In this document: in pieces, positions 13,925 to 24,697 of the stretch | Numbering within the stretch: position 1 is the first letter of the stretch | Layout of the letters: each line of letters opens with the position of its first letter | Origin: Eledone cirrhosa | Taxonomy: Eukaryota | Assembly (NCBI GenBank): GCA_964016885.1 | Contig: OZ024743.1 | Span: forward strand, 249,054,001-249,118,000 | Length of the DNA stretch: 64,000 bases | Direction of reading: 5' to 3' | Position numbers and translations under genes: made by a program | The notes under the pieces: generated by a model | Databases searched by the model: none | Told to the model about the DNA's origin: nothing | What the model saw: only the letters and a program-made list of their open reading frames with translations

Positions 13925-14771
13925 CTATTCTTAGAATACGTTATTTGTCTCAAGGACTGCTGCTTCGTGGTCTCTTGTCTGTTGGCATAGTCCGTGGCTG
14001 AGAAGGTGAGAACCAGTGAGGTCAGGAAAGAGAGATAGAGTAAAAGTGAATTGGCTACATCGTTCTTCTCTCTAGGACTATCGCTTCGTGGTCTGGCTGT
14101 CTGGCTGTAGTCTGTGTCCGAGAAGGTGAAAGCCAGTGAGGCCAGGAGAGAGAGATAGAGTGAAAAGTCTGCTACATCGTTAACCTTAACATGGACTGCT
14201 TGTATTTATAATAACCCTATAGCCAGAAGGATGTGTATATGGGTTGATTTATGGGCAGCCATCTGTGTTTCCTCTGTCTACAAGCTGGGGTCACAAGTCA
14301 AGTGGTATGTACGTTAATCATCCTATTTCTTGACAATCGTGAGAAAACCCGATAATGGGTGGTCTCATCATCATCATCATTTCATTTTACGTCCACTTGT
14401 CCCTGCTTGCAAGGGTGGGACGGGAACTGATTCTGGCTTGATTTCTACAGCTGGATGCCCTTCCTAACACCAACCTCATTTACAGTGAGTGCTGGGTGCT
14501 TTTTTGCCGTGGCACCTCCACGACCACTTTGCAGTGGAATGATAGGGACCCCAGTCCCTATCATCTCATTTCTACAGCTGAGTAAACTGGAGCAATGTGA
14601 AATAAAGTGTCTTGCTCAAGGAAACAACACATCACCCAGTCTGAGAATTGAACTCACAACCTTTCGATTGCAAGGCCAATGCTCTAACCACTAAGTCATG
14701 TGCCTCCATGTGAGAATTCTTAGATTCGGTTTCAAATCTTCACTGGTAAAACATAGGAGTATTCCGTTACA
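13683..14771 (-). mobile_element. Solo LTR-like element with an internal ~125-bp tandem duplication and a nested SINE
   Basis: Minus strand starts TGTAAC and ends TAACA; TATAAA near 14205 and AATAAA near 13735; it cleanly interrupts the RTE frame; no TSD seen. Confidence 0.55.
14366..14708 (-). mobile_element. tRNA-derived SINE with RTE-derived tail
   Basis: A box (tgacttagtgg), B box (gagttcaattc), ccttgagcaagacac core, RTE 3' tail with (GAT)n; near-identical to 18346-18660 and 52835-53170. Confidence 0.92.
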
Positions 14772-15436
14772 CCCCTGTAGTTGCTCCTTTCTAGTGCATC
14801 ACCTTTTTCCTTGTAGCAGTTTCACCTGGTATACTGCTACATCAGTCATTGGGTATGACCCCATCCTATGTTACCTGATTGACTAGTTTAGCTTCTACTT
14901 CCCCAGAAGATTTCAATATTTCAGCAACTATCTCTGATGGACCAACAGCTTTACTATATTCCACCTCCATTGCTTCTTTGATCCTGTTGATTTCGATAGT
15001 TGGTCTTTTGGTTGGGTCATTTGGGAGTATTCTCTCTTTCTCCCACTCATTCTTGACTTTCATCAACCTCTCATTATAGCATTTCCAGACCTCTTTCTTT
15101 TGAATGTCAGTGATGTTAAGTGCATTGGTGCCATTTTGAACATACTTTTCAAGAATAACATTCTGGCTCTCACAGACACACAGTTTTGTGATACAGAATA
15201 CCTTGCATTTCTGATTCTCATGTTGTAAGACATTGGCAAACTTCCAGATTTCAGCTTCTTTGCATGCTATGTGTATCTGTCAACTAGCTTCTCTTTTTTG
15301 CCCCCATTTTCCCTCTTTCCATGCCTCTCTCTTGGTTTTAACAGCTCTATCCACACTGCTCTTCCACTACTAGGTCACTCTCTGTCTGGCTGGTGCTTTG
15401 CTCCAGCCACAAGTCTCTTAAGTAAATATATATTTA

Positions 15437-15741
15437 TCTATATATCTAAAACAGAGAATGTCTGTCTGTCTGTCTGTCTGTCTGTCAGTCTGACTCCCTA
15501 AAACTCGAGAACCACCCAACTGATTGTTTTCAAAATTTACACATGTAATACTTATGGTCCTGTGAGTGTTTTGAGCAAAAAGTATTTCAAATTTTCAATG
15601 CCCTAGGGACCGCATTAGGCGATTTAGCGATCTCTCTCTATAATTATTAGTCTTTCTTTTTAGATAGATACATAGATATAAGGTTGCGCCCTTATAATGT
15701 GTCTGTATGTCTGGCTGTCTGCATTACGACATTATGACGCC

Positions 15742-15757
<16 letters not shown>
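15437..15757 (+). mobile_element. Non-autonomous Helitron, 5' part
   Basis: A|TCTATATATCTAAAA start followed by (GTCT)n, same layout as the complete Helitron at 58026-58551. Confidence 0.7.
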
Positions 15758-15774
<17 letters not shown>

Positions 15775-15810
<36 letters not shown>

Positions 15811-18340
15811 ACGTTTAACGTTGGGTTTGGACGGGGGTTTTCCCACTTGAGGCAAGAGTGATTGTCTTGCTCGCATAGGACTGTCTGGCAGGTTTTCTAC
15901 AGTTGGATGCCCTTCCTAACACCAACCACATTTACAGTGTGGGTCTGGGAGGTTTTTACCGTGTTGCCTACACGGCCACATTACAGCATGGACTGTGTGT
16001 TTTTTTGTCGTGACACCTACACGATCTCATTTGTTTCGGCCTGGATGGTGTGGCAGCAACATAACTTTGCATAGAAGGGGGCGGTATGGATGGGGTGGGG
16101 GTGGTGGGACGGGGGTGTATTTTGTTAGAGATGCCTACTGACTGTAGTAGGTTTTACTATGTATTTAGGTAAGGCGGGTCTTCTCTATTACTGAGTACCG
16201 CCAAAGGTCTCGGTCCAGTGACATTATCTTGGAGAGGTGTAAGTGTGTGAGGTCGGAGTTTATCAGCTCGTCCCAGGTTTTTCTAGGTCTGCCTATTCCG
16301 TGGCTACCGTCTATCTTTATTGCCCTGCACTTTGTTATACAGCTATCGGCTTTCATGTGCATCACGTGTCCATACCAACGTAGCCTTCTCTCGAGTAAAC
16401 AACATCTGATCCCTCTTATTTCTAATTTTTTCCTTAGTTCGTTTATGCTTTGCCGTTCACGTATATTACTATTACACATCCAGCGGAGCATGCAAGCTTC
16501 GTTCCTCTCTAGTCTGCGTATATCCTCTGCACACAATGCCCAGGTCTCACTGCCATGCAACATTGCTGTCCGTATGCAGGCATCATACAACCTGCCTTTC
16601 ATTTTTAGGGAGAACCCTTTAGCGGCTAATAGTGGTATAAGCTCTCTGAACTTTTTCCATCCAGTTCTGACTCTAGCTACTGTACTTTCAGAGCACCCTC
16701 CCCCACTGCTGATTTTGTCACCCAGGTAACGGAAGCTGTCCACTATTTCTATAGAGCCCTCTGCGCAGTTGAAAGAGCTAGTATTTTGTGGGCACTTGCT
16801 GCTACTTATTGAACCAGAGCACCGGCCACATGTGAAATCTATGTTCTTAGTTAGCTTACCTGTGATCCCACTACATCTTTTATGCACCCATACTTTGCAT
16901 TTCTGACACAAGATGGAGTTTCTACCTACGCCTTTCCTACACACTGAGCATGGCCACTTCCCAGAAGGGACCGCCGCCTTATTTACTTTCCTACAAACTA
17001 GAACTTTGGTCTTAGCCAGGTTAATTTTAAGGCCTTTTGATTCTAGGCCGTGCTTCCATGTTTGGAATTTCTTCTCTAGCTCGGCCATTGATTCAGCTAT
17101 GAGTGTTAGGTCGTCTGCGTATAGGAGTTCCCATGGGCAGCCGGTCTTGAACTCCTCTGTTATAGCCTGAAGGGCAATAATAAATAGTAGGGGGCTGAGA
17201 ACAGAGCCCTGATGGACGCCAACTTTTACGCTAAACTCTTCACTATATTCGTTGTTCATTCTAACCTTGCTGACTGTTTCTTTATACATGGCTTGTATAG
17301 CTCTCACAAGCCATTCGTCGACACCTAGTTTTCTAAGAGCCCACCAGATAATGGAGCGGGGTACTCTGTCGAAGGCTTTCTCCAAGTCGACAAAAGCTAA
17401 GTATAGGGGTTTACTTTTAGCTAGGTACTGCCCCTGTAGTTGTCGTACAATGAAAAGAGCGTCTGTGGTACTTTTGCCTGACACAAACCCGAACTGCATT
17501 TCATCTAGGTCAATTCTCTCTCTGATTAGTTGCGCTATTACTTTTTCCGTGACCTTCATGACCTGGTCGATTAATTTAATGCCTCTATAGTTACTCCTAT
17601 CTAGGGCATCTCCTTTACCCTTATAACAGTTAACGATGATGCTGCTACGCCAGTCCTTCGGAACAACCCCATTCTGTACGACTTGGTTAACTATCCGGGT
17701 GACCATGGTGTGTCCCACCGTGCCAGATGCTTTCAGCATCTCAGCAACTATTTCCGAAGGCCCAGCTGCCTTACCTGTCTTCATATCCTTGATTGCCTTA
17801 CTTATTATACTACCCTCGACTAACACTGCTGGTCCCTCTATTGGGTCGATGTGGGGGAGACTGTCTTTCTCCCATTTATTCTCCTCATTTAGTAGCCTTT
17901 CATAGTGACACTTCCAAGCTACCTTCTTATCAGCGTCGTGATGGCAAGTACGCCGTCATCATTAAGTACACACTTCTCCCCGACAATATCACGGTTTTCC
18001 TTGACGCATTGCCTAGCAATCCTGAACACCTCACGTTTTTGGTCCTCGCGTTGTAGAACATGCTTGAACTTTCTTTCCTCTGCTTCCCTTCTTGCGAAGT
18101 ACACTTGTCTCCTAGCTTCCCTCCTGGCCACTTGATAGTCTTCTCTACTTCCCCCATCCCGCCATACTTTCCAAGCCTGCTTTTTGGCCTTAATTGACCC
18201 CTCCACCTTACTGTTCCACCACCATGTTACTCTCCTCCTGCCTACAGGCCTGCTCCAGCCACAGACTTTGTCTGCCGCCATCAGCAGGTTTGCTTTCAGG
18301 AATTCCCACTGCTCCTCTATATTGTACGACTCTAATTGTA
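15775..18340 (-). mobile_element. RTE LINE subfamily A, 5'-truncated, open 553-aa RT-PHD ORF (16165-17826)
   Basis: YADD, PHD finger and RRLRWYGHV present; 3' UTR and long (GAT)n tail. Confidence 0.96.
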
Positions 18341-18345
18341 TATAT

Positions 18346-18675
18346 ATATGGCTTAGTAGTTAGAGCATTCGCCTTGCAATCGAAAGGTTGTGAGTTCAAT
18401 TCTCAGACCGGGTGATGTGTTGTTTCCTTGAGCAAGACACTTTATTTCCCATTGCTCCAGTATACTCAGCTGTAGAAATGAGATGATAGGGACTGGCTTC
18501 CCTATCATTCCACTGCAAAGTGGTCGTGGAGGTGCCACGGCAAAAAAGCGCCCAGCACTCACTGTAAATGAGGTTGGTGTTAGGAAGGGCATCCAGCTGT
18601 AGAAATCAAGCCAAAATCAGTTCCTGTCCCACCCTTGCAAGCAGGGAAAAGCGGACGTCAAAAAAAAAAAAAAAA
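18346..18675 (+). mobile_element. tRNA-derived SINE with RTE-derived tail
   Basis: tggcttagtag A box, gagttcaattc B box, tail shared with the RTE 3' UTR, ends in an A run. Confidence 0.92.
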
Positions 18676-19310
18676 GAATTCACATGAATCAAAGTTCTGT
18701 TCAAACCATTTATTAACTTACAATTGTTTCATCCAAACTGAGGTTTGGTGTCTTTGGAGCATTTTTCAATGTTTGTTTACATACATGACCTCCTTTCAAA
18801 CACAAAGAGACATATAGATACATATGTATATATTGATGCACAGTGCATGCCCCACGTGTAACTATTGCATGCAATAACTACTACAACTGACTAACAAACT
18901 ATCCTCTTGCATTATCTACATTAACTGCCGATCTTGTATTTTAATTTTAATTTTGCTTTGATTATGATTTTAATTTTTGAATTTAAATTGCCATTCAGAA
19001 ATAATATAATGGATGTCACCCCACTGTGCATCAATATATACATATGTATCTGTATGTCTCTTGTGTTGGAAAGGAGGTCATGTATGTAAACAAACATTGA
19101 AAAATGCTCCGAAGACTCCAAACCTCGGTTTGGATGAAACAATTGTAAGCTAATAAATGGTTTGAACAGAACTTTGATTCATGTGAATTCTATATAACTG
19201 CTCTGTAGAACAACTGATGTTATTACATTGAGCTATTTATCTTACTGGTAATAAGGTAGTAATAAATTACTGTCTTTCACTGTTTAGGGTTTAAAATATA
19301 TATAACTATA
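18676..19310. mobile_element. Penelope-like fold-back element (inverted arms 18676-18845 and 19022-19190)
   Basis: About 170-bp inverted repeat containing a hammerhead motif and AATAAA; downstream flank similar to 53905-53960. Confidence 0.75.
19106..19150 (+). ncRNA. Minimal type I hammerhead ribozyme motif (CCGAAGA core variant)
   Basis: gct-CCGAAGA-c(tccaaacc tc ggtttgga)t-GAAAC-aatt-GTA-agc. Confidence 0.7.
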
Positions 19311-19375
19311 AAAAGTTTTAGTATATACATAACCATAAATAGTATCCTTAATACTATATATATATATATATATAG

Positions 19376-20243
19376 TGCTCAGAAAGTACATTAGCCAGAG
19401 TCAGAACGTGATGGAAAAAGTTCAGAGAGTTTATACCACTATTGGCCACTAAAGGTTTCTCTCTAAAAATGAAAGGCAGACTGTATGATGCCTGCATACG
19501 AACAGCTATGTTACATGGCAGTGAGACATGGGCATTGTGTGCAGACTGGAGAGGAACGAAGCATGCATGCTCCGCTGGATGTGTAATAGTAATATGTGTG
19601 AACAGCAAAGCATAAATGAACTAAGTGAGAAATTAGGTATAAGAGGGATTAGATGTTGTTTACTCGAGAGAAGACTACGTTGGTATGGTCACGTGATGCG
19701 CATGAAAGACGACAGCTGTATAAAAATGTGCAGGGCGATCAAAATTGATGGAAGTTACGGAGTAGGCAGACCCAGAAAAACCTGGGACGATTTGATAAAT
19801 TCCGACCTTACACACTTGCACCTCTCTAAGACAATGTCACTGGACTGAGATCTTTGGCGCTACGCAGTAATACAGAAAACCCGCCTTGCCTAAGTACAAA
19901 GCGAAACCTACAGTCAGTAGGCACCTCTTAATCAAATATACTCCCCCACTCCCACCAACACCACCCGTTTCTCTGTAAAGTTATGTTGGTACCACAATAT
20001 CAAGTCCTAAATAAATGAGGTCGTGTAGGTGTCACAAAAAAAAAACACACACAGTCCACGCTGTAATGTGGCCATGTAGGTAACACGGTAAAAACCTCCC
20101 AGTCCACACTGTAAACGTGGTTGATGTTAGGAAGGGCAGACAGTCCTATACGAGTGAGACGACCAATCTTGCCTCAAGTGGGACAATTCCCGTCTAAACC
20201 CATGCTAGCATGGAAGATAGATGTTAAATGATGATTATGATGA
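19376..20243 (+). mobile_element. RTE subfamily A 3' fragment
   Basis: Matches 8308-9222; ORF 19528-19848; (GAT)n tail. Confidence 0.92.
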
Positions 20244-20282
20244 TAGTGTGTAACGTTTTTCGAAATATTTACTTCTGCGTTC

Positions 20283-20358
20283 ACAGATTGATTTTTTTAG
20301 TTTCAGAAGATCCCGTTAAGGGTGAAAGCAGCGATTCTTTGCTTAAACTTTAATCTGT
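20283..20358 (+). ncRNA. Hammerhead-like motif (CAGAAGA core variant)
   Basis: acagatt..agttt-CAGAAGA-t(ccc gttaa ggg)t-GAAAGCA..tgcTT-aaact..aatctgt; all three helices can pair. Confidence 0.5.
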
Positions 20359-20459
20359 TATTTTAGTATATATATATATCATCATCATCCTCCTCATCAT
20401 CATCGTTTAACGTCCATCTTCCACGCTTGCATGGGTTTGGATATATATATATATATAAT

Positions 20460-20719
20460 TATATATTCATGTACAGATATTTTTTGCATACACAATAACA
20501 AAATATAAACAAAAGTATTTATTTCGCCATAAAGTATTGATTTTCTTCGCACGGAAAAAAACCCCTGGTAATGTATGACAATTTTTTTTTATAAGCACAA
20601 AATGTAGTCACCATCCTGAGGCCGAGGTATTCCGTACTTCTGTGTACTGTTTCAGAAAGGAGGGATAAACATGCCAATCTATGTTTAGAATCCCAAGCAA
20701 TGCTGGGCCATTCTGCTAG
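20460..20719 (+). mobile_element. Non-autonomous Helitron, 3' part
   Basis: Subterminal hairpin cccaagcaatgctggg followed by CTAG|T. Confidence 0.7.
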
Positions 20720-20851
20720 TATATAATTAAAAATGGTTTTCTGAAGAGGAATGGAAGGGAACCAATGTTAATACATTAGTAGAGAACGTACATATTTATT
20801 TCATATAGAAATGAGTTCATTTCAATGTAAATATATATCTGTTTCTGCCTC

Positions 20852-20965
20852 CCTCCCTCCCAACCGACATACCTACCTATCTATCTACCTACCCACCTGC
20901 CTGCCTACCTACCTGCCTGCCTAACTACCTTCCTGCCTACATACCTACCCACCTACCTCCCACCC
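20852..20965 (+). repeat. (CCTA/CCTG)n tetranucleotide microsatellite
   Basis: Directly visible. Confidence 0.8.
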
Positions 20966-21419
20966 TCTTGTCTGATGATCCCGTGGGTGAACAGGTGAAG
21001 CTCCAAAGTAAAAGGACTCATCACTTAGCCTTTTGGGTAGCAAACTAGAAAAATTAAATACTGGTCCCAATGAAAATATATACATTTTAGTATTCTATCC
21101 TACTGCATGGAATCTTGGGCAAGAGCCTTTTACTATAGCCTTAGACTGACCAATGCCTTGTGAATGAATTAAATTGATAGAAACTGTACAGAAACCCAGG
21201 TAAGTAATGATGGATGTGTTTCTGTGTTTGTTTATCTCTTTTCTTCATATTCAGTATCACAAGCGGTGATATTTGTTTACAGTGCTGCATACATAGAGAT
21301 TCTGCAGCTCAGCAGTTAGACGAGTGAAGATCCATCTCTTACTTATCATAAAAGTAGGTTTGACATCAAGAACAACTGGAAAAATGGATGTAAAACAAGA
21401 TGATGATGTATATATATAT

Positions 21420-22020
21420 AATTGAAAAAGTGGAGAATAACATGGTCAATAGTACAAAAAAGGAGATTTATTTAGTCTAACAATTGTTTCACTGATAGAG
21501 TTGTCTAAAAATTGCTAAACACTGAAAGTAGTGCCACTCAATTTAAAATACATGTTGGCCCCACCATATCTTCAGAGACTGTCAAAAAATATAAATATAT
21601 GCGTAACCGGCAAATTTACAAAATGTAAACTTACAAATTTACATTTTGTAAATTTGCCGGTTACGCATATATTTATATTTTTTGACAGTCTCTGAAGATA
21701 TGGTGGGGCCAACATGTATTTTAAATTGAGTGGCACTACTTTCAGTGTTTAGCAATTTTTAGACAGCTTAATCAGTAAAACAATTGTTAGACTGTAAATA
21801 AATCCCTTTTTTGTACTGTTGACCATGTTATTCTCCACTTTTTCAATTTTATTACTCAAAGATAAACTTAAATAGGAATACAAGTTAAATCATAAACTCG
21901 TCATCTACGTAAACCTCTTGTTGAGTCATACAACGCCGTATGCTAAAACTATCCATGATAAGAAGTATTCACAACCTCTAACTGGATTACCTATAACGAT
22001 ATCTTGTTATCCTCTCTCTC
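21420..22020. mobile_element. Penelope-like fold-back element; near-perfect 210-bp hairpin (21420-21629 and 21638-21848) with 8-nt loop
   Basis: Reverse-complement arms read directly; a hammerhead motif in each arm. Confidence 0.8.
21474..21581 (-). ncRNA. Type I hammerhead ribozyme motif with enlarged stem II
   Basis: cagtct-CTGAAGA-(about 78 nt)-GAAAC-aatt-GTT-agact. Confidence 0.6.
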
Positions 22021-22273
22021 TCTTTATATATATATATTTCCTCATCATCATCATCACCATTTAACATCTTATTTTCCATGCTTGCATGGGTAAGATGGGT
22101 CATCCATGTGATAAAGCAAGTCTAGCCAGTTGGCAACTCCATTCCTTGCTCAAACAGAACTGTATTTTAGCTGTTTATTTTTACAGCTGGAATCCCTTCC
22201 TAACACCAACCACATTTACAGTGTGGAACTGGGTGATCCTAATATGAGGAGGGTCTGGCCAGTTGGCCATGCC

Positions 22274-22319
<46 letters not shown>

Positions 22320-22322
<3 letters not shown>

Positions 22323-23120
22323 GTATAGTCTGTCAAGGCTGAAAGCAAAATCCAGGGTTTGTTATCAGAGAAATGCTGTTTGCAGATGACACAGTATTGA
22401 CAGTACACTCTGAGGAGAAAATGCAGTACCATATAAAATTCAGCCTGACCATTAGTCAGAAGAAGACCATTGTATGAAGCCAAGGTGTCAAGCACCTCCC
22501 ATACTATCACCATCAACAACTATGAGCTGGAGTTAGTCCACAAATTCATCTATCACAGCTCCACAATCTCTCCCTGAACACTGAGATCAGCAGGCGAGTT
22601 TGATGAACATCTTCCACATTTACCAGGCTGATCAAGAGAGTCTGGGAGAATATAAAACTGACCACGGGCACCAAGATTACTGTCTACAAGGTGTGTGTCC
22701 TCAGTATACTACTTTATGATAACAAGTCATGGAGCCTCTACTCCAGTCAGGAGCAATATCTTGACACCTTCTACCTTCAGAGCTTGAGATGTATTCTGGA
22801 TATCTAGTGAACTGACTGAGTCACCATCACAAATGTCCTCAATTGCACAGCATATTCACCCTGCTCCAACAGTGCTGTTTGCACTGGCTAGGTCATGTAC
22901 ATAGTATGCCAGATGGAAGGATCCCAAAGGACCTACACTATGGGGAATTGGCCACTGGCATGAGAGCATGAAGACGACCTTTTTGTTTCAAAGATGTCTG
23001 CACGAGGGATATGAAGTCCTGAGATTGGAAGAGGTTGCAAATGATCATTCACACTGAAGATGAGTATTACACAAGGAGATGGAGCGAGGGGAAGAAAAAC
23101 TGAGACTTTCCGCCGAGGAA
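22320..23120 (+). mobile_element. Degenerate RTE (BovB-like) RT 3' fragment
   Basis: RLKAKSRV..IREMLFADD, LHWLGHVHSMPDGRIPKDLHYGELA remnants. Confidence 0.8.
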
Positions 23121-23128
23121 AAGTAAGC

Positions 23129-23330
23129 TTTAATCCTTTAATGTTCAAACCGGCCAAAACCAGCCAGAATTCTCTACCTCTTTCTGTTGAAACTGGTCGC
23201 TCAAACTGATGTTAAGGTATTGTTCTCAAAATAAATACTTTCAAAATCTCATAGATTCGATATGTGAAGTAAAGCCTTTACCATGAAAATATAATAGTAT
23301 ATATAGAGTAATGTGAATGCTAAAGGGTTA
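23129..23330. mobile_element. TTAA-flanked (piggyBac-like) MITE
   Basis: ttaa-tcctttaatgtt ... aatgctaaaggg-ttaa; same family as the MITE split at 36746-39187. Confidence 0.55.
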
Positions 23331-24391
23331 AGGAAGGACAACACAATAATATCGGAGGAGATATCTTCAAATGCAGTTACTGCATTCAAGACTGTCATTC
23401 CTGCATGGGCCTGTACAACCACAAGAGATGCTGCAACACCATTAAGTTGAAACAAAATTCTCCAGGTGCAAATCAATATAGTCTTTCAAGATTGATGGAT
23501 ATATATATGTGTGTGTGTGATGATGTATATATATATATATACACATACATATGTCATTCTGCATCCAATATCATCATGCACTATGGTAGTGGTGGTGTTG
23601 GTGGTGGGATCATTTTTTTGGAGCAATTGTATTTATGGTTGAATGCCCTTCCTTCTAACCACTTGCTAAACAGTCAAGTAAGCTGGCATGAACAGAGTTA
23701 AATATTTTGGTCAGAGGTACAACAAATTTCTGCAAAAGGTTGTCAGTAGTCTAGTCCAACACCTTAACTTCTCATATTTAATGTCCATTTTTATAGGCTG
23801 GATTAGATTGCAAAGATTTCTATCATTTAAGAAATAAATCTGTTTTATCAAGGTAATGAAAGTATGCATGTATAAACCCGTAAAGTTATTCTAATTTCTT
23901 TCCTCCCTTCACTTCCTCAAATTCTATTTGCCCATAAAGTAATAAATATTTCACTTGAAATGCATTTTCATTAGTACACTTTGCCTTAATCATTCATTAA
24001 AATCATATTGTTTAAAAGTAATATTTTGTTTTGTTCTTTCTTACTTTTACATATGCTGTTTTTTATGACTTTCAGGTCAGTTTTGTTCATCTTTTTAATT
24101 ACCATGCCTAATATTTCATAACATTAACAATCTCACTTCTCATGACTAAAGATTTCAATGCATCTACTAGATCCAGTCTTTTCACAGCTAGTTAAAACAA
24201 TTCTTCTTTATTTTTCAATGCTTATACCTGGATTTGACAGTATCACTTAACGCACAAAAGGAAACTGAAATTTACCACTAAATGATTTGTAAGTGAAACT
24301 TTATGATTGCATATTCTAAAAGAACAAAAAATGTGTTTCATAATATAGGGCAGTATTTCCCAACCTTTTCACTACCAAAGACTCCTTTTAT

Positions 24392-24697
24392 TTAACCCTT
24401 TTGATTCCAAACTCTCTGAAACCACCACTGATTCTATGATACAAAGTTATTTGTCTTAAATGTTTGTATTTATCCCCCGCCCCCAAAAAAAACAAACAAA
24501 ACAAAACAAACAACAACAACAACCTTCCATCACATTTTTATGTAAAAGCCTTTTGTTAATTTATGTTCTAAACACCAGTCTAATAATGATAAAGTAAATT
24601 ATATTACTAAATCCCACCAAATTCATGATTATTTTCAAAATAATTTGAAAATAATAAGCAGTGTCTTTCATTAAAAATATGGTAACAAAAGAGTTAA
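24392..24697. mobile_element. TTAA-flanked MITE
   Basis: ttaa-cccttttgatt ... gtaacaaaagag-ttaa; similar to 26462-26691, about 39817-40020 and about 63760-63996. Confidence 0.6.

Larger units (their letters stand above)
10365..15420 (-). mobile_element. Old PHD-RTE LINE split into three pieces (10365-11191, 13095-13682, 14772-15420) by younger insertions
   Basis: Reading frame is collinear across both junctions: KTKVLKSRK|EDMILMPTRKWP and ERSNYRG|IYLMNQVMKV. Confidence 0.8.

Noticed and set aside
18349-18412. tRNA-like sequence with A and B boxes
   Set aside because: No proper acceptor stem; it is a multi-copy SINE head, not a tRNA gene
20966-21015. ctgatga-tcccgtgggt-gaac hammerhead-like motif
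   Set aside because: GAAA is broken and stems I and III cannot be paired convincingly; at most a decayed relic
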